DNA of 61,440 bases, counting the filler. It is 5 parts of 5 records of this genome, joined end to end, with 100 filler letters (N's around TTAATTAATTAA, not from the genome) between each part and the next. Parts side by side here need not be neighbours in the genome. Positions count along the whole stretch, not along the records: positions 1 to 23,031 come from DRR723986_33066; positions 23,132 to 29,483 come from DRR723986_33090; 3 more parts are not named here. One strand, 5' to 3'. The notes under the pieces were generated by a model. It was not told the origin of the DNA, made no database searches, and saw nothing but the letters and a program-made list of their open reading frames with translations. The translations under genes were made by a program, and so were the position numbers. Positions 16,835 to 27,100 of this stretch are shown here, piece after piece. Each line of letters starts with the position of its first letter. Positions within the stretch are counted from its first letter, which is position 1.

Positions 16835-19165
16835 TTATTTTTTTAATACACGAATTTCTACTTTTCGGTCTGTTTCAACAGACCCTTTAGATCTTCCTCT
16901 CACGATTAATCCCCCATTGCTAACTGTTATCCGTTCTGCATCTATTTTGTAATAATCAGTGAAAGCCTTGGTGACAGCAGCTACACGTTTTTCAGTAAGT
17001 GCGAGATTGTAGGCTACCGAACCGGTGTTATCTGCAAATCCAACTAACTCTACCACTACATCCTCATTTTTCTTTAAGAATTCTGATATAGGTTCAAGTT
17101 TTTCGCGCTCTTCATCAGCTAGCGTAGATTCATTTATTGCAAAGTACACTTCTACTTTACTTTCATTAAGTAACGTTTCTATGTTCTTTTCGATTACTTC
17201 CGTGACGGTCACTGTGTCCACCATACGTGGGAGATTTGAGAGACTGTCTATAAGTATTGAGTCCATAGCTATGCGGGCACGTAGTGTAGAGTCATTTGCC
17301 GCTGCTAATTCTTCTGTCTTTTTATCTCCACTAGAGGTAATTGCTGCCGTGGTTGCTGCAGTACCTCCTACGAGCAGGGCATCCTTGAGGACTTCATTGT
17401 TTTTCTTGTCTAGCTTCTCCTGTTTCTTTCTATTTTTCTCTAATTTCTTAGCGGTTTTGTCATCCATAGCTTCGGTGTTGATCGTCAACTCTTGAGGGGC
17501 CGCTTCGACCTGCTCGGGAGCTTCATACACCGGGATTTTATTCGCAAAGGCCATCATCATGGCAGAATCTCTTGTCGCTTGGGCTGTAAGCATATCAGCA
17601 CGGAACTTCTCCATTTCCTCATCAAATTCCTCCCGTGTCATTGTTTCAGGCTTTGATGCCGATCTTGATGAAGCAGATTGTGCTTGTGAGACTGAATCTA
17701 GAGACAATACTGATCCGTTGCTGGAATATAAAATTCTACTCACCTGACCAGGATATATGATTAATTCCTTCATCATAGACGCAGAGTCAATAGGTGAAGT
17801 GGTGGTGTTAATTTGAATAGAATTAAGAGAGTCCAGTTTGAATTGGTTTTCTAAAGCAAGGGTATTCAAAGTTGTCATTTTCCCCTGGGCTATGGATTTT
17901 TCACCTTCTAAGTTCTGTACTCTGGCTTGTGTCACGGATTCAGAAACGCTTGAATCTTGCTGGGCAAGAGCAATTGTCTCATCAATGCCTGCTAACTCAC
18001 GTTCAGTTGATGCCATTTCTTCATTCACCTGCGCTCTACTGTTCTGCAGAGAATCTCTCATGGCTTTTATTTGTACCAAAGCAGCCGAGTCTGTTACTGT
18101 TTGCGTTCTTAGTGATTGTCTAGTTTCAGGTAGCTGAATTACTGTGAAGTAATTATTGGTAATAGCTTGTGCCCCCATTTTAGCTCTTTCCAGCGAATCT
18201 TCTCTAGCCAATTGAGAATTTGAAAGCTCAGTTGGGACGTAAGTATAGCGCTGCGTAATTACAGGTGGATTGAAGGATTTTTTATTAGCACCTAAACTGA
18301 ATTTTATACCTATTCCATGGTAAATGTACCAGTCAGGACGGCCGTTCTCCATTCCTCTATATGGGCTTTCAGCAGGTACTATATTGGTGCCTGGCTTTGC
18401 TGCATATGCTTGGAAATCATTGTCATAAGTGGATCTGTAAAGCCCGGACACATCATCCAAATAATCAGTGTTAGTTCTCTTGAAATCTGACTGGGCAAAT
18501 ATTTCAATGGTTTTTGTGATTCTGAAACGTACGCCTAAACCAAGATTGGCATAGTAGGAACTTGTTTTATAATTATCAGATCGCTCTGTCCCTAATGATG
18601 TCAAGTCAGTTTCGAAAGTTCCATCAGGAATTACATTAGGGTTGTTATAATCGTATCGATTTCCATCAGCATCAAGCAAGTCTCCTTTGACGCTGAAGCT
18701 TTGAACCCCTAAGCCTAAAGTCAGGTAGGGTGCAAAGAATGACTTTCCTGATAGCAGCCAATTGTTATCAGGCTTGATTACAAAAGATAATCCTGCATCA
18801 TATACATCCGTCTGAAAATTTAATGCACGATCAAATGAAGGACTCTCAGTATAGAGCGTTCCATCATTTTGTATAAACCTATCACTGGAACCAAATTGAT
18901 AACTGCCTCCTGTAAGCATTAATCCCACGGAATTTCCAAGTGCGTATTCTATAGAAACTTGATAGGATAGTTGCTCTGAATAGGTTTTGTAGCGTTTATA
19001 GTATTGTGTAAAATTCTGGAAATTATCTGCTTTAAGAGGGCGAATATCTCCAAAGTAGTTGGTGGTGCCAGCACTAGCTCCAAATCTCCATTTGTAGCCA
19101 TGCAGTTGAGCCTGTGCAGAATAGGCAAAGGCAAAAGCGAGAATTAATAAACTTAGCTTTTTCAT
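16835..19165 (-). CDS. OmpA-family protein: N-terminal beta-barrel (DUF6089-like), long coiled-coil/low-complexity linker, C-terminal OmpA peptidoglycan-binding domain
   Basis: GTTNYFGDI and TDYLDDVSG barrel motifs; VYFAINES, LVGFADNTGS..YNLALTEKR, DRKVEI; ATG at 19165. Confidence 0.85.
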   Translation of the reverse strand: MKKLSLLILAFAFAYSAQAQLHGYKWRFGASAGTTNYFGDIRPLKADNFQNFTQYYKRYKTYSEQLSYQVSIEYALGNSVGLMLTGGSYQFGSSDRFIQNDGTLYTESPSFDRALNFQTDVYDAGLSFVIKPDNNWLLSGKSFFAPYLTLGLGVQSFSVKGDLLDADGNRYDYNNPNVIPDGTFETDLTSLGTERSDNYKTSSYYANLGLGVRFRITKTIEIFAQSDFKRTNTDYLDDVSGLYRSTYDNDFQAYAAKPGTNIVPAESPYRGMENGRPDWYIYHGIGIKFSLGANKKSFNPPVITQRYTYVPTELSNSQLAREDSLERAKMGAQAITNNYFTVIQLPETRQSLRTQTVTDSAALVQIKAMRDSLQNSRAQVNEEMASTERELAGIDETIALAQQDSSVSESVTQARVQNLEGEKSIAQGKMTTLNTLALENQFKLDSLNSIQINTTTSPIDSASMMKELIIYPGQVSRILYSSNGSVLSLDSVSQAQSASSRSASKPETMTREEFDEEMEKFRADMLTAQATRDSAMMMAFANKIPVYEAPEQVEAAPQELTINTEAMDDKTAKKLEKNRKKQEKLDKKNNEVLKDALLVGGTAATTAAITSSGDKKTEELAAANDSTLRARIAMDSILIDSLSNLPRMVDTVTVTEVIEKNIETLLNESKVEVYFAINESTLADEEREKLEPISEFLKKNEDVVVELVGFADNTGSVAYNLALTEKRVAAVTKAFTDYYKIDAERITVSNGGLIVRGRSKGSVETDRKVEIRVLKK

Positions 19166-19169
19166 GTCC

Positions 19170-20336
19170 CTATCTTTTTTTGTTTCCAATACCCAACCAA
19201 AGATTGAATTCAGCACTTATTCCAACAAATGGTTGGAAGGATTTTGCGCTTTGCCCACTAAGTTGCTCGGTGGTGATGAATGTCCCTCCGGCGTTTAACC
19301 GGATGAATCTGAAGAAATTATAACCCAAGCCTACATAAATAGGTCTATCTAAAACTGGTCCTGAGATTTTTTCGCCAAGTTGGTTTTCCATTTTATTGGA
19401 CAAAAAGAAGCCTGTTGAGATGGACATGTTATTCATGAATCTAGCAAATGTTCTATTTCCAAGAGGAAAGGAAATTCCTGCATAAGGGCTGGTCACAAAT
19501 TCCTGATCTGGCAATCCTTTACTTAGGGAGATAGCTCCATAGCCCACATTGATAGGTAGGGAATTTGCTGTTTTTTCAGTAGGATAACTATCAAAGGTAT
19601 TTTCATTTACTCTTACCAGCATATTAGGACTTAGGTATTGATCTACTTCTGAGAAGAGTATGTTCTCTAAATCGGTAATGTATTCATCCGCAAACAATGC
19701 CCTAGCGTTATCAGCTTCCGACATTCCGGTTACATTATACTTTGCCTTGCCCATTTTCAGCTTTCCTCTTTGCTCCAGTTTTGCTTTGGTGATGTCACTG
19801 AATCCAGGGAATTTCTCTCCATTTGGCAATTCAAAATAATAAGCACCCTGCTCAACAATTTTTGATAGATTGTTGATCAATACTTCATCTGACTCTGAAA
19901 ATTTTATTCCTCCTTTTTTGATCGTAGTGACGGTACTAAGGTAGGTTTTGATGTTTTGATGAATGAGCGAACGCACCTCCGTGATCTGATCGGCGCCAGC
20001 TTTTTGGTAATAACCAAATTCTAAATAATAGTCAGTGTTTGACCGCAGTGGATCAGCCACTAATAGGTGATAGGAGAGGTCATCATAACCAAATGGAGCT
20101 TTCCAAAAATATGTATAGCCCGCCTTGTCGGTTTTTTTAGATGGGTAAATCAACAGCTTTACCATTTCTATTTTTTCAGGAATTGATCCCTGTATATAAA
20201 ACTCTTCCTCAGTCGGAAGAGGTTTACCACCGTTTATTTTGCCAGTGATCAGGTCTAAATTGACTGTAGTCACTTGAGCTTTAATTTCTTGTGACCAAAA
20301 TCCAAAGACTAAAGCAAAGAATATAAGTTTTTTCAT
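19170..20336 (-). CDS. Secreted hypothetical protein with C-terminal amphipathic beta-strands
   Basis: Signal peptide ending KAQ; no family recognised. Confidence 0.75.
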   Translation of the reverse strand: MKKLIFFALVFGFWSQEIKAQVTTVNLDLITGKINGGKPLPTEEEFYIQGSIPEKIEMVKLLIYPSKKTDKAGYTYFWKAPFGYDDLSYHLLVADPLRSNTDYYLEFGYYQKAGADQITEVRSLIHQNIKTYLSTVTTIKKGGIKFSESDEVLINNLSKIVEQGAYYFELPNGEKFPGFSDITKAKLEQRGKLKMGKAKYNVTGMSEADNARALFADEYITDLENILFSEVDQYLSPNMLVRVNENTFDSYPTEKTANSLPINVGYGAISLSKGLPDQEFVTSPYAGISFPLGNRTFARFMNNMSISTGFFLSNKMENQLGEKISGPVLDRPIYVGLGYNFFRFIRLNAGGTFITTEQLSGQSAKSFQPFVGISAEFNLWLGIGNKKR

Positions 20337-20342
20337 AGTCTG

Positions 20343-21788
20343 TTAATTGAATTTCTTAAAATTGAATGCATACCCTATTAAAAGTCCAAAATTTGTATAT
20401 CCTGCTTTAGTCACAACTAGTGCGCCTTCCAGCAGTTGATCTGCTTCTACATTGTAAAAACTACCCCTTTGTAAATATTCTTGAGTTGAACCAAAACTAT
20501 AAATAATACCAAGTGTTAGGCTGCTCCGAGATTTTTTTATTTCTGTACCCATTGATATATGGAAGATATCCCATTGAGTGATTTCGGATTTTAATTGTCT
20601 GCTTTCTACACTTTCTTTATCAAAATAGCTGAAATCAGTTCTAAAGCTCCCTAATAATGTAATATTTTCTTTCCATCGATTTTCATATCCAATCGCAAAA
20701 TTTGTAACTGGTTTCATTGCTGTTTCTACATTTAAAAAATCCTGACTGTCGATTGAATTTCCATTATCGGGTCTAACAAGTGTTCCCGGGGATGCATTTA
20801 TAATTCTATATCTGTCAAATCCTCCAAAGTGGGTGAGGTTGAAACTAATGATAGAACGATTAAAAGCTTTATGAGCACCAAATGCTATTTCAAATGGAGA
20901 TTTATAATTAGTTTTTAATTTTTCCTGTCGATCCGAAGCAAATGCGGTTAAAGGCTGATCTGAGCCAGCAGTATTAATATTAGATAGGGTAAGATCCTGT
21001 GCTACTGTACCATTGCCTAGCCAGTCAAGTCCTGGACTAGTCACTGCCAACCCGAAACCATAACTGTCATTCTGATAGTTTAAGCCTAATTTTAATGCGG
21101 TTCGCAAGGCGAAATAGTTAATGAATTCATTTTGAGTTCTAGCCATCAAAATGTAATCTTCATTGTTCGTTAATGCTTTTGCAGAGAATCGGTAAGAATA
21201 GTTGACTGTGCGAATGGTATTCAATAGACTTATCCCAAAACCTAAATTAGAGCTTAGTTTTCTGCCGATCCCAAGAGCTACTGTCGTCTCTTGGACTTTG
21301 GTAATAATGCCTGATTCAGAGACTACTTCTTCTTTACCTGGACTTAATTCCTCTCCTGCGACATCGAATTCCCCCACTATTCTAGCTACTCCATTGAAAT
21401 TAAAACTTACAGGAGTAAGTAAGCCATAACTCAGATTCCAATCTGATTTTGTGGCAAGCGATCCACTCACTAGCAGCGGGACAGTATTGAATTGAATGCC
21501 TTTAAAATCAGCTCGTTGACCTAGTGCATTTTGAATGTTTATGTTTTCTAGACCATAGAGGTTGGCATTTATAGAAAGAGAAGTGGTGTCCAAGTAGCCG
21601 AGGTTACCAGGATTATAAAATACTCCAGCATTGTCCAGCGTATCAGTGAGCACAGCACCACCAAGGAGAGCAGCTCTAGTACCAAATTGTTTGCTCCAGT
21701 GATGCGTGTCCTGAGCATGAAGGTCTACACCTATAGCCAAAGGCAGAAAAAGCAGGCAACATAATTTTCGAAAAAGAGAATAATACAT
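20343..21788 (-). CDS. FadL/OmpP1-like outer-membrane transporter
   Basis: GTRAALLGGA...GVFYNPGNL resembles the FadL N-terminal hatch (NPA) motif; long beta-barrel. Confidence 0.7.
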   Translation of the reverse strand: MYYSLFRKLCCLLFLPLAIGVDLHAQDTHHWSKQFGTRAALLGGAVLTDTLDNAGVFYNPGNLGYLDTTSLSINANLYGLENINIQNALGQRADFKGIQFNTVPLLVSGSLATKSDWNLSYGLLTPVSFNFNGVARIVGEFDVAGEELSPGKEEVVSESGIITKVQETTVALGIGRKLSSNLGFGISLLNTIRTVNYSYRFSAKALTNNEDYILMARTQNEFINYFALRTALKLGLNYQNDSYGFGLAVTSPGLDWLGNGTVAQDLTLSNINTAGSDQPLTAFASDRQEKLKTNYKSPFEIAFGAHKAFNRSIISFNLTHFGGFDRYRIINASPGTLVRPDNGNSIDSQDFLNVETAMKPVTNFAIGYENRWKENITLLGSFRTDFSYFDKESVESRQLKSEITQWDIFHISMGTEIKKSRSSLTLGIIYSFGSTQEYLQRGSFYNVEADQLLEGALVVTKAGYTNFGLLIGYAFNFKKFN

Positions 21789-21933
21789 TCGGCTGGCGTC
21801 TAATTAAAAGTCAGAAAGCTATTCAATAAAAAACCTTCCCCAAATTTAAAAACTCTAAGGAAAAAAGTACTTGAATTTGAATAATGTTTAAAAAATAGAA
21901 TGATTTTAATAAAACTATGGGTATTTCTGTGTA

Positions 21934-22512
21934 TCAATCTTTAAGTATTAGTTTTAAAATCTCTCTTCTGACAAACACTATAATAAACCAGCTAATAAAC
22001 CCTGCCAAAACACCGACAATTCCTCCTACCAGTATATCTGTAGGATAGTGCACCCCTAAATATATTCTGGTATAGGATATTACCGCTGCCCATAAAAACA
22101 ACCAAGGCAAGAATCGAAGTTTTCCTTTCATTTTTAAATTAAGAAAAGTGGCAAACCCAAATGTATTTGCTGCATGGGACGAAGCAAACCCGTATAATCC
22201 GCCACACCTCCCATAATTATGAATCATTCCTGACCATCGCTCATCATGGCAAGGCCGCAAGCGTTCAAATAGGGGTTTCATTAGACCTGATGTAGTCTGA
22301 TCTGCCAAAAGTATTGTTAAAGCAATGCCACCAAATACCCACCAGCTACTTTTTGGGTCACTCTTATAAATGAAATACAAAACGATTAAGTAGAAGGGTA
22401 TCCAAGTGATCGTTTGAGTGATTTGGAAAAATACCGCGTCTAGCCAATCAACGTGATAGGAATTCAACCAGAGGAATAATTCTTCATCCCAGTTTTTGAG
22501 TTTTTCTAACAT
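21934..22512 (-). CDS. PAP2-family phosphatase
   Basis: KPLFERLRP, FASSHA, TRIYLGVHYPTD. Confidence 0.95.
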   Translation of the reverse strand: MLEKLKNWDEELFLWLNSYHVDWLDAVFFQITQTITWIPFYLIVLYFIYKSDPKSSWWVFGGIALTILLADQTTSGLMKPLFERLRPCHDERWSGMIHNYGRCGGLYGFASSHAANTFGFATFLNLKMKGKLRFLPWLFLWAAVISYTRIYLGVHYPTDILVGGIVGVLAGFISWFIIVFVRREILKLILKD

Positions 22513-22517
22513 AAGTT

Positions 22518-23030
22518 TTAAGCTAACCAGTCAATTCCTTTCTTTAGAAGACTTTGTGTCAATTCTTCTTGTGAGCCAATTTCTGGTTCATGCATATATT
22601 CCCACTCGGCCGTAGGAGGCATACTCATCAAGATACTCTCAGTTCTTCCATTGGTGTCCAAGCCAAACTTAGTTCCTGCATCCCAAACGAGATTAAACTC
22701 TACATAGCGTCCCCTTCTTAGATTTTGCCATGCTTTTTCATTTTTACCAAATGGAATTTGAGAGTTTTTCTTCATGAAATACCCGTAAATAGCTGGAAAT
22801 AAACGTCCTAAGGACAAGCTGAATTGTAAGATATGCTCAAACTCCTGATCGTCTTTAGCCTTTAGTCTATCGTAGAAAATACCTCCGATTCCACGTGTTT
22901 CATCTCTATGCTTGATGTAAAAATAATCATCTGCCCAGTTCTTGAATTTCGGATAATAGTCTACATTAAATTCATCGCAGACTTTTTTTATTTCTTGGTG
23001 GAAATATTTTGCATCTGCCACATCTATATA
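22518..23030 (-). CDS. hemF: Oxygen-dependent coproporphyrinogen III oxidase (5'-truncated by contig end)
   Basis: YFYIKHRDETRGIGGIFYD, RRGRYVEFNLVWDAGTKFGL, GRTESILMSMP. Confidence 0.96.
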   Translation of the reverse strand, partial: YIDVADAKYFHQEIKKVCDEFNVDYYPKFKNWADDYFYIKHRDETRGIGGIFYDRLKAKDDQEFEHILQFSLSLGRLFPAIYGYFMKKNSQIPFGKNEKAWQNLRRGRYVEFNLVWDAGTKFGLDTNGRTESILMSMPPTAEWEYMHEPEIGSQEELTQSLLKKGIDWLA

Positions 23031-23031
23031 G

Positions 23032-23131
23032 NNNNNNNNNNNNNNNNNNNNNNNNNNNNNNNNNNNNNNNNNNNNTTAATTAATTAANNNNNNNNNNNNN
23101 NNNNNNNNNNNNNNNNNNNNNNNNNNNNNNN
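23032..23131. other. Artificial contig spacer
   Basis: N44-TTAATTAATTAA-N44; base composition changes sharply across it. Confidence 0.99.
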
Positions 23132-23363
23132 CAAGCTTCAGCGGCTCGTCTGTCGGCTTGGTGGCCGCTTTGGTTTTCAGCCATCGCACTTTCGAAACTG
23201 GCCGGTCCTGATCAGAGGGCTCATCCGCCATGAGGTAACTCTTTTGGTTGCATTGTTGATTATCTTTGCCACCTATAGTTTCATAGCTTTACCATTTTGA
23301 CCAGTCAGGAGGCCGAACATCGCATCTCAAACCCCTCCTTCTCTTCGGCAGCAGTCTGCGGGA

Positions 23364-24122
23364 TTGGCCACACCTCGTGCCATTGGGGCGCTGATTCTAC
23401 GCGAGATTTCGACGACCTATGGCCGGTCTCCGGGGGGGTATATCTGGGCGGTTCTTGAACCTGCTGCGGGCATCGCTCTGTTGACCTTGGTCTTTTCGAT
23501 TGGCTTTCGCACACCGCCGCTTGGCGCCAGTTTTGCGCTATACTATGCGGCGGGCATTCTGACTCTGATGATGTTTACGGAGCTGTCGGCGAAGCTTGCA
23601 CAAACCATTCAATTTAGCCGCGCCTTGTTGGTTTATCCTCGGGTGACTTTTCTGGATGCCCTGATCGCGCGGCTGGCGCTGAATGTTCTGACGCAACTGA
23701 TGGTGCATGTTGTTTTGTTGAGCTTTATCTGGCTGGTTCTGAAACCCACGACCATTCTTGATTTTTCAAAGATTATTCAGGCCTATCTATTGACCGTTGC
23801 CCTTGGCACGGGGATCGGGACGCTCAATTGCTTTTTGACGCTGGCCTTTCCTATTTGGCAGATGGCATGGGCAATCTTGAACAGGCCGTTGTTTATTGTT
23901 TCCTGCATCTTCTTTAATTTTGAGAGCATCCCCAAACCCTACAGCGATTACCTTTGGTTCAATCCCCTTGTGCATATCATCGGATTGATGCGCGATGGCT
24001 ATTACCCGTTCTACCAGCCAAGCTATGTTTCCATCGTCTATCCACTTGGAATATCCGCGCTGACCTGCATCTGTGGGTTGTTCCTTTTGAACCGCTATCA
24101 TCGGGATGTATTGGATCTGTAA
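23364..24122 (+). CDS. kpsM: Capsular polysaccharide ABC-2 exporter permease
   Basis: ALILREISTTYGRSPGGYIWAVLEP, WFNPLVHIIGLMRDGYY; six hydrophobic segments. Confidence 0.9.
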   Translation: MATPRAIGALILREISTTYGRSPGGYIWAVLEPAAGIALLTLVFSIGFRTPPLGASFALYYAAGILTLMMFTELSAKLAQTIQFSRALLVYPRVTFLDALIARLALNVLTQLMVHVVLLSFIWLVLKPTTILDFSKIIQAYLLTVALGTGIGTLNCFLTLAFPIWQMAWAILNRPLFIVSCIFFNFESIPKPYSDYLWFNPLVHIIGLMRDGYYPFYQPSYVSIVYPLGISALTCICGLFLLNRYHRDVLDL

Positions 24123-24191
24123 TGCAACTTAAAGTGTATTAAATATCGACATCAATCTTGTTATGCGGTACTTTTCCAGGGTTCCTTACCG

Positions 24192-27100
24192 ATGAGGCCC
24201 TTGTCGATGACGCTAGCGAGAATTCCCGATTTCCATTGCCTGTTGATGATGGATGGTGTGATTTACGGCAATCTCAAGGACAACGCGCGATCAACCTCGC
24301 GAGAGCTGCACCTTGGCGGTGCACGCAGCCTTTTTGCGCCTAGTGCGCAAGCACCAATTGACGGGCGCGATGCCGCGATCCCGTTCACCTTATCTTCCGA
24401 CGCGATGACCACGCGGATCACCTCTGAGCCCGCAGAGGAAAAGGCCGGTGACATCTTTGCCTGTTGGGTCAATCACCTGCCTGACTGGAGCATGCATGGC
24501 AGCCAAACCATCCAATTGATGATCCATCAATTCGACGCTTCGTGCCGCATCACATTTAAAGACGAGTTGGCGGTCAGCAAATTGCGAACAGGCATGCGGT
24601 TTGAAACACAGTTGGCCATCCACCGCGCGAAGGCGGATCTGGTCATCTCCTTTTCAGACCCGTTGAACGACCTGGAAGAACACCATCGAATAGCCTTTGA
24701 CCCGGCTTTCAAAGGGGGGCTTCGGACCAGTGGCTACTTGCCCGTTTCCATACCATTGCCGGACCATTTCGAAAGTTGCGATGTCGCGCTTGCCGTTGAT
24801 TACCACCACCAACTCCCCGACGATACCGGCACAGAGCCTTTCATGTTTATCGCTGGAACGCAGATCACGCCGGATCATGTGTCAAAAATCAATCAAACCA
24901 GCGCCGTGCCCTGCCAAATCTCCGGTGAATCTATGGCAAACGGAAGCACTTGGATCAGTGCCCCATTGCCGACCGCCCTTACGCCCGGACAAGCGATTTC
25001 AGTGAATGTTGACGGCAAGTCCTTTCCAGTCACACCGATGCAAAACACGACGTTCTTTGTCAGAGAAAACTTTGGTCACACATTGATATGCCAGTCCGAA
25101 GAGGAATTGGATCTGATCCTGAGCATTGATGGTCGCTATATCAACACGCTGCAAATTGGGATCAACGACACGGTCATCCGTCTGCCGGATCAGTTCCTTG
25201 ACGGCCATGTGCATCTGGTTTGCATCACAGATATTTCCGGTTCGGTCACCCTGTTCAAGAGCCAACAATTGGTTCCCGCAATCGTCACGCCCGCCGCCGT
25301 GATGCAGCATGAATCTGTCGCCCCTTTCCCGGCAATGATCTTTGCCCAGACCGCCCAGCGCTATGATGGTCTGAAAAAGCTGATCGGCACGGCAAAGGCT
25401 GACACCGATCTTGCTCAGGTCGCGCATGCCATAAAAACCGTGGAAGGCGGGCATGAGAACGTCAAGCTTGAGCCGCTGACATTTCCACATGTGGACAGGC
25501 CCGACGTCTCCATCATCATCCCGGCCCATAACAAGGTCGAAGTGACTTACCTCGCCTTGTGCTCTCTCCTGATCGCACCAAACCGAGCTTCGTTTGAAGT
25601 GATTGTTGTCGATGATGCCTCAACCGACGAGACCGCAGAGCTGGAAAAAATCGTCACAGGCATCAACGTCATTCACAACGAAACGCCCCAGCGATTTATC
25701 CGCGCCTGCAACGCCGGTGCGGCGCAGGCGCGGGGGCGTTACGTCGCCTTGCTGAACAATGATGTTGAGGTTACCGCCGGGTGGATTGATGCCCTGATTG
25801 ATGCGTTTGATCGGTTCGACAATGTCGGTCTAGCGGGCTCGAAGCTGCTGAACCCCGACGGCAGCTTGCAAGACGCTGGCGGTATTGTTTGGGGGTCCGG
25901 CAATCCGTGGAACTACGGCAATGCCCAGAACCCCCATGAACCACGCTTCGGCTATGCCCGCCAAGCAGACTACCTGTCCGGCGCGGCGCTGATGATGCCA
26001 AAAAAACTCTGGAACAAGATCGGCGGCCTCTCGTCCTACCTTGAGCCAATGTATTTTGAAGATACCGATCTGGCGTTCAAGGTGCGTGAGGCGGGGTATT
26101 CAACGTGGTTCGTTCCTTCGTCACAGGTTTATCATTTCGAAGGCATGACATCCGGCACAGATGTCTCGACCGGATTCAAAAAATATCAGGAAGTGAACCG
26201 CCCGAAGTTCAAACGCCGCTGGGCGAGGGCCTTTGGACAATTCGGCACCGAAGGGACCGCGCCAGATCTTGAAAAAGATCGCGGGATTGTCGGGCGGGTG
26301 CTGTTCATCGACTACGCCCCGCCGCGCCCGGACAAAGACGCCGGATCCTACGCCGCGCTTCAGGAAATGAAGCTGGTGCAATCGCTTGGCTACAAGGTCA
26401 CATTTATGTCGACCAACATGGCACATCTGGGCAGCTATACCGAGGATCTGCAGCGGCAGGGGATCGAGGTGATCTATGCACCATTCTTTATGAATGCGGA
26501 TGAATACTTGACCAAACACGCTCAGGATTTTGATGCGTTCTTTCTGACCCGGTACTATGTTGCCCAAACCGTCCTTCCGACAATCCGGGCCCATGCACCC
26601 GCTGCCCGCATCCTGTTTAACAACGCCGACCTGCACTTCCTCCGAGAGCTGCGCGCCGCCCAACGTGCGGGCGATTTGAACAAGCTGGAAAGCGCCCGCC
26701 GGGTACGCACAGAAGAGCTTGATGTTATCAAAGCCGTTGATGTGGTTTTGTCCTATACCGAAGTCGAACATTCTGTGATCGAAGCCTACACCGATGGGCA
26801 AGCCAAAATTGTCAAATGCCCCTGGGTTGTAGATCGGCCAAAGAACATTCTAGGGCTGGGGAAACGGCGAGGCCTTTCATTTCTGGGCAGCTTCAAGCAC
26901 CACCCAAATACAGAAGGCATCAAATGGTTCGCGAAGGATGTGATGCCGCTGCTGGATAATGACAGCACCGCGCCATTGCTGACCATCTATGGTTCAGGCA
27001 TGGGAGAGGACATTCGCGCCTTGGCGTCTGATCTGATCCTTCCGCACGGCTTTGTCGAAAACGCCAGCGATGCATTTCACGCCCACCGCATTTTTGTTGC

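Noticed and set aside
23076-23087. Palindromic TTAATTAATTAA recurring four times
   Set aside because: Always centred in N44 flanks; a synthetic all-frame-stop linker, not biology.
23132-23231. Possible 5' end of a divergent gene (MADEPSDQDRPVSKVRWLKTK...), perhaps a capsule export component
   Set aside because: Only 33 codons before the contig edge and no diagnostic motif; cannot be supported.
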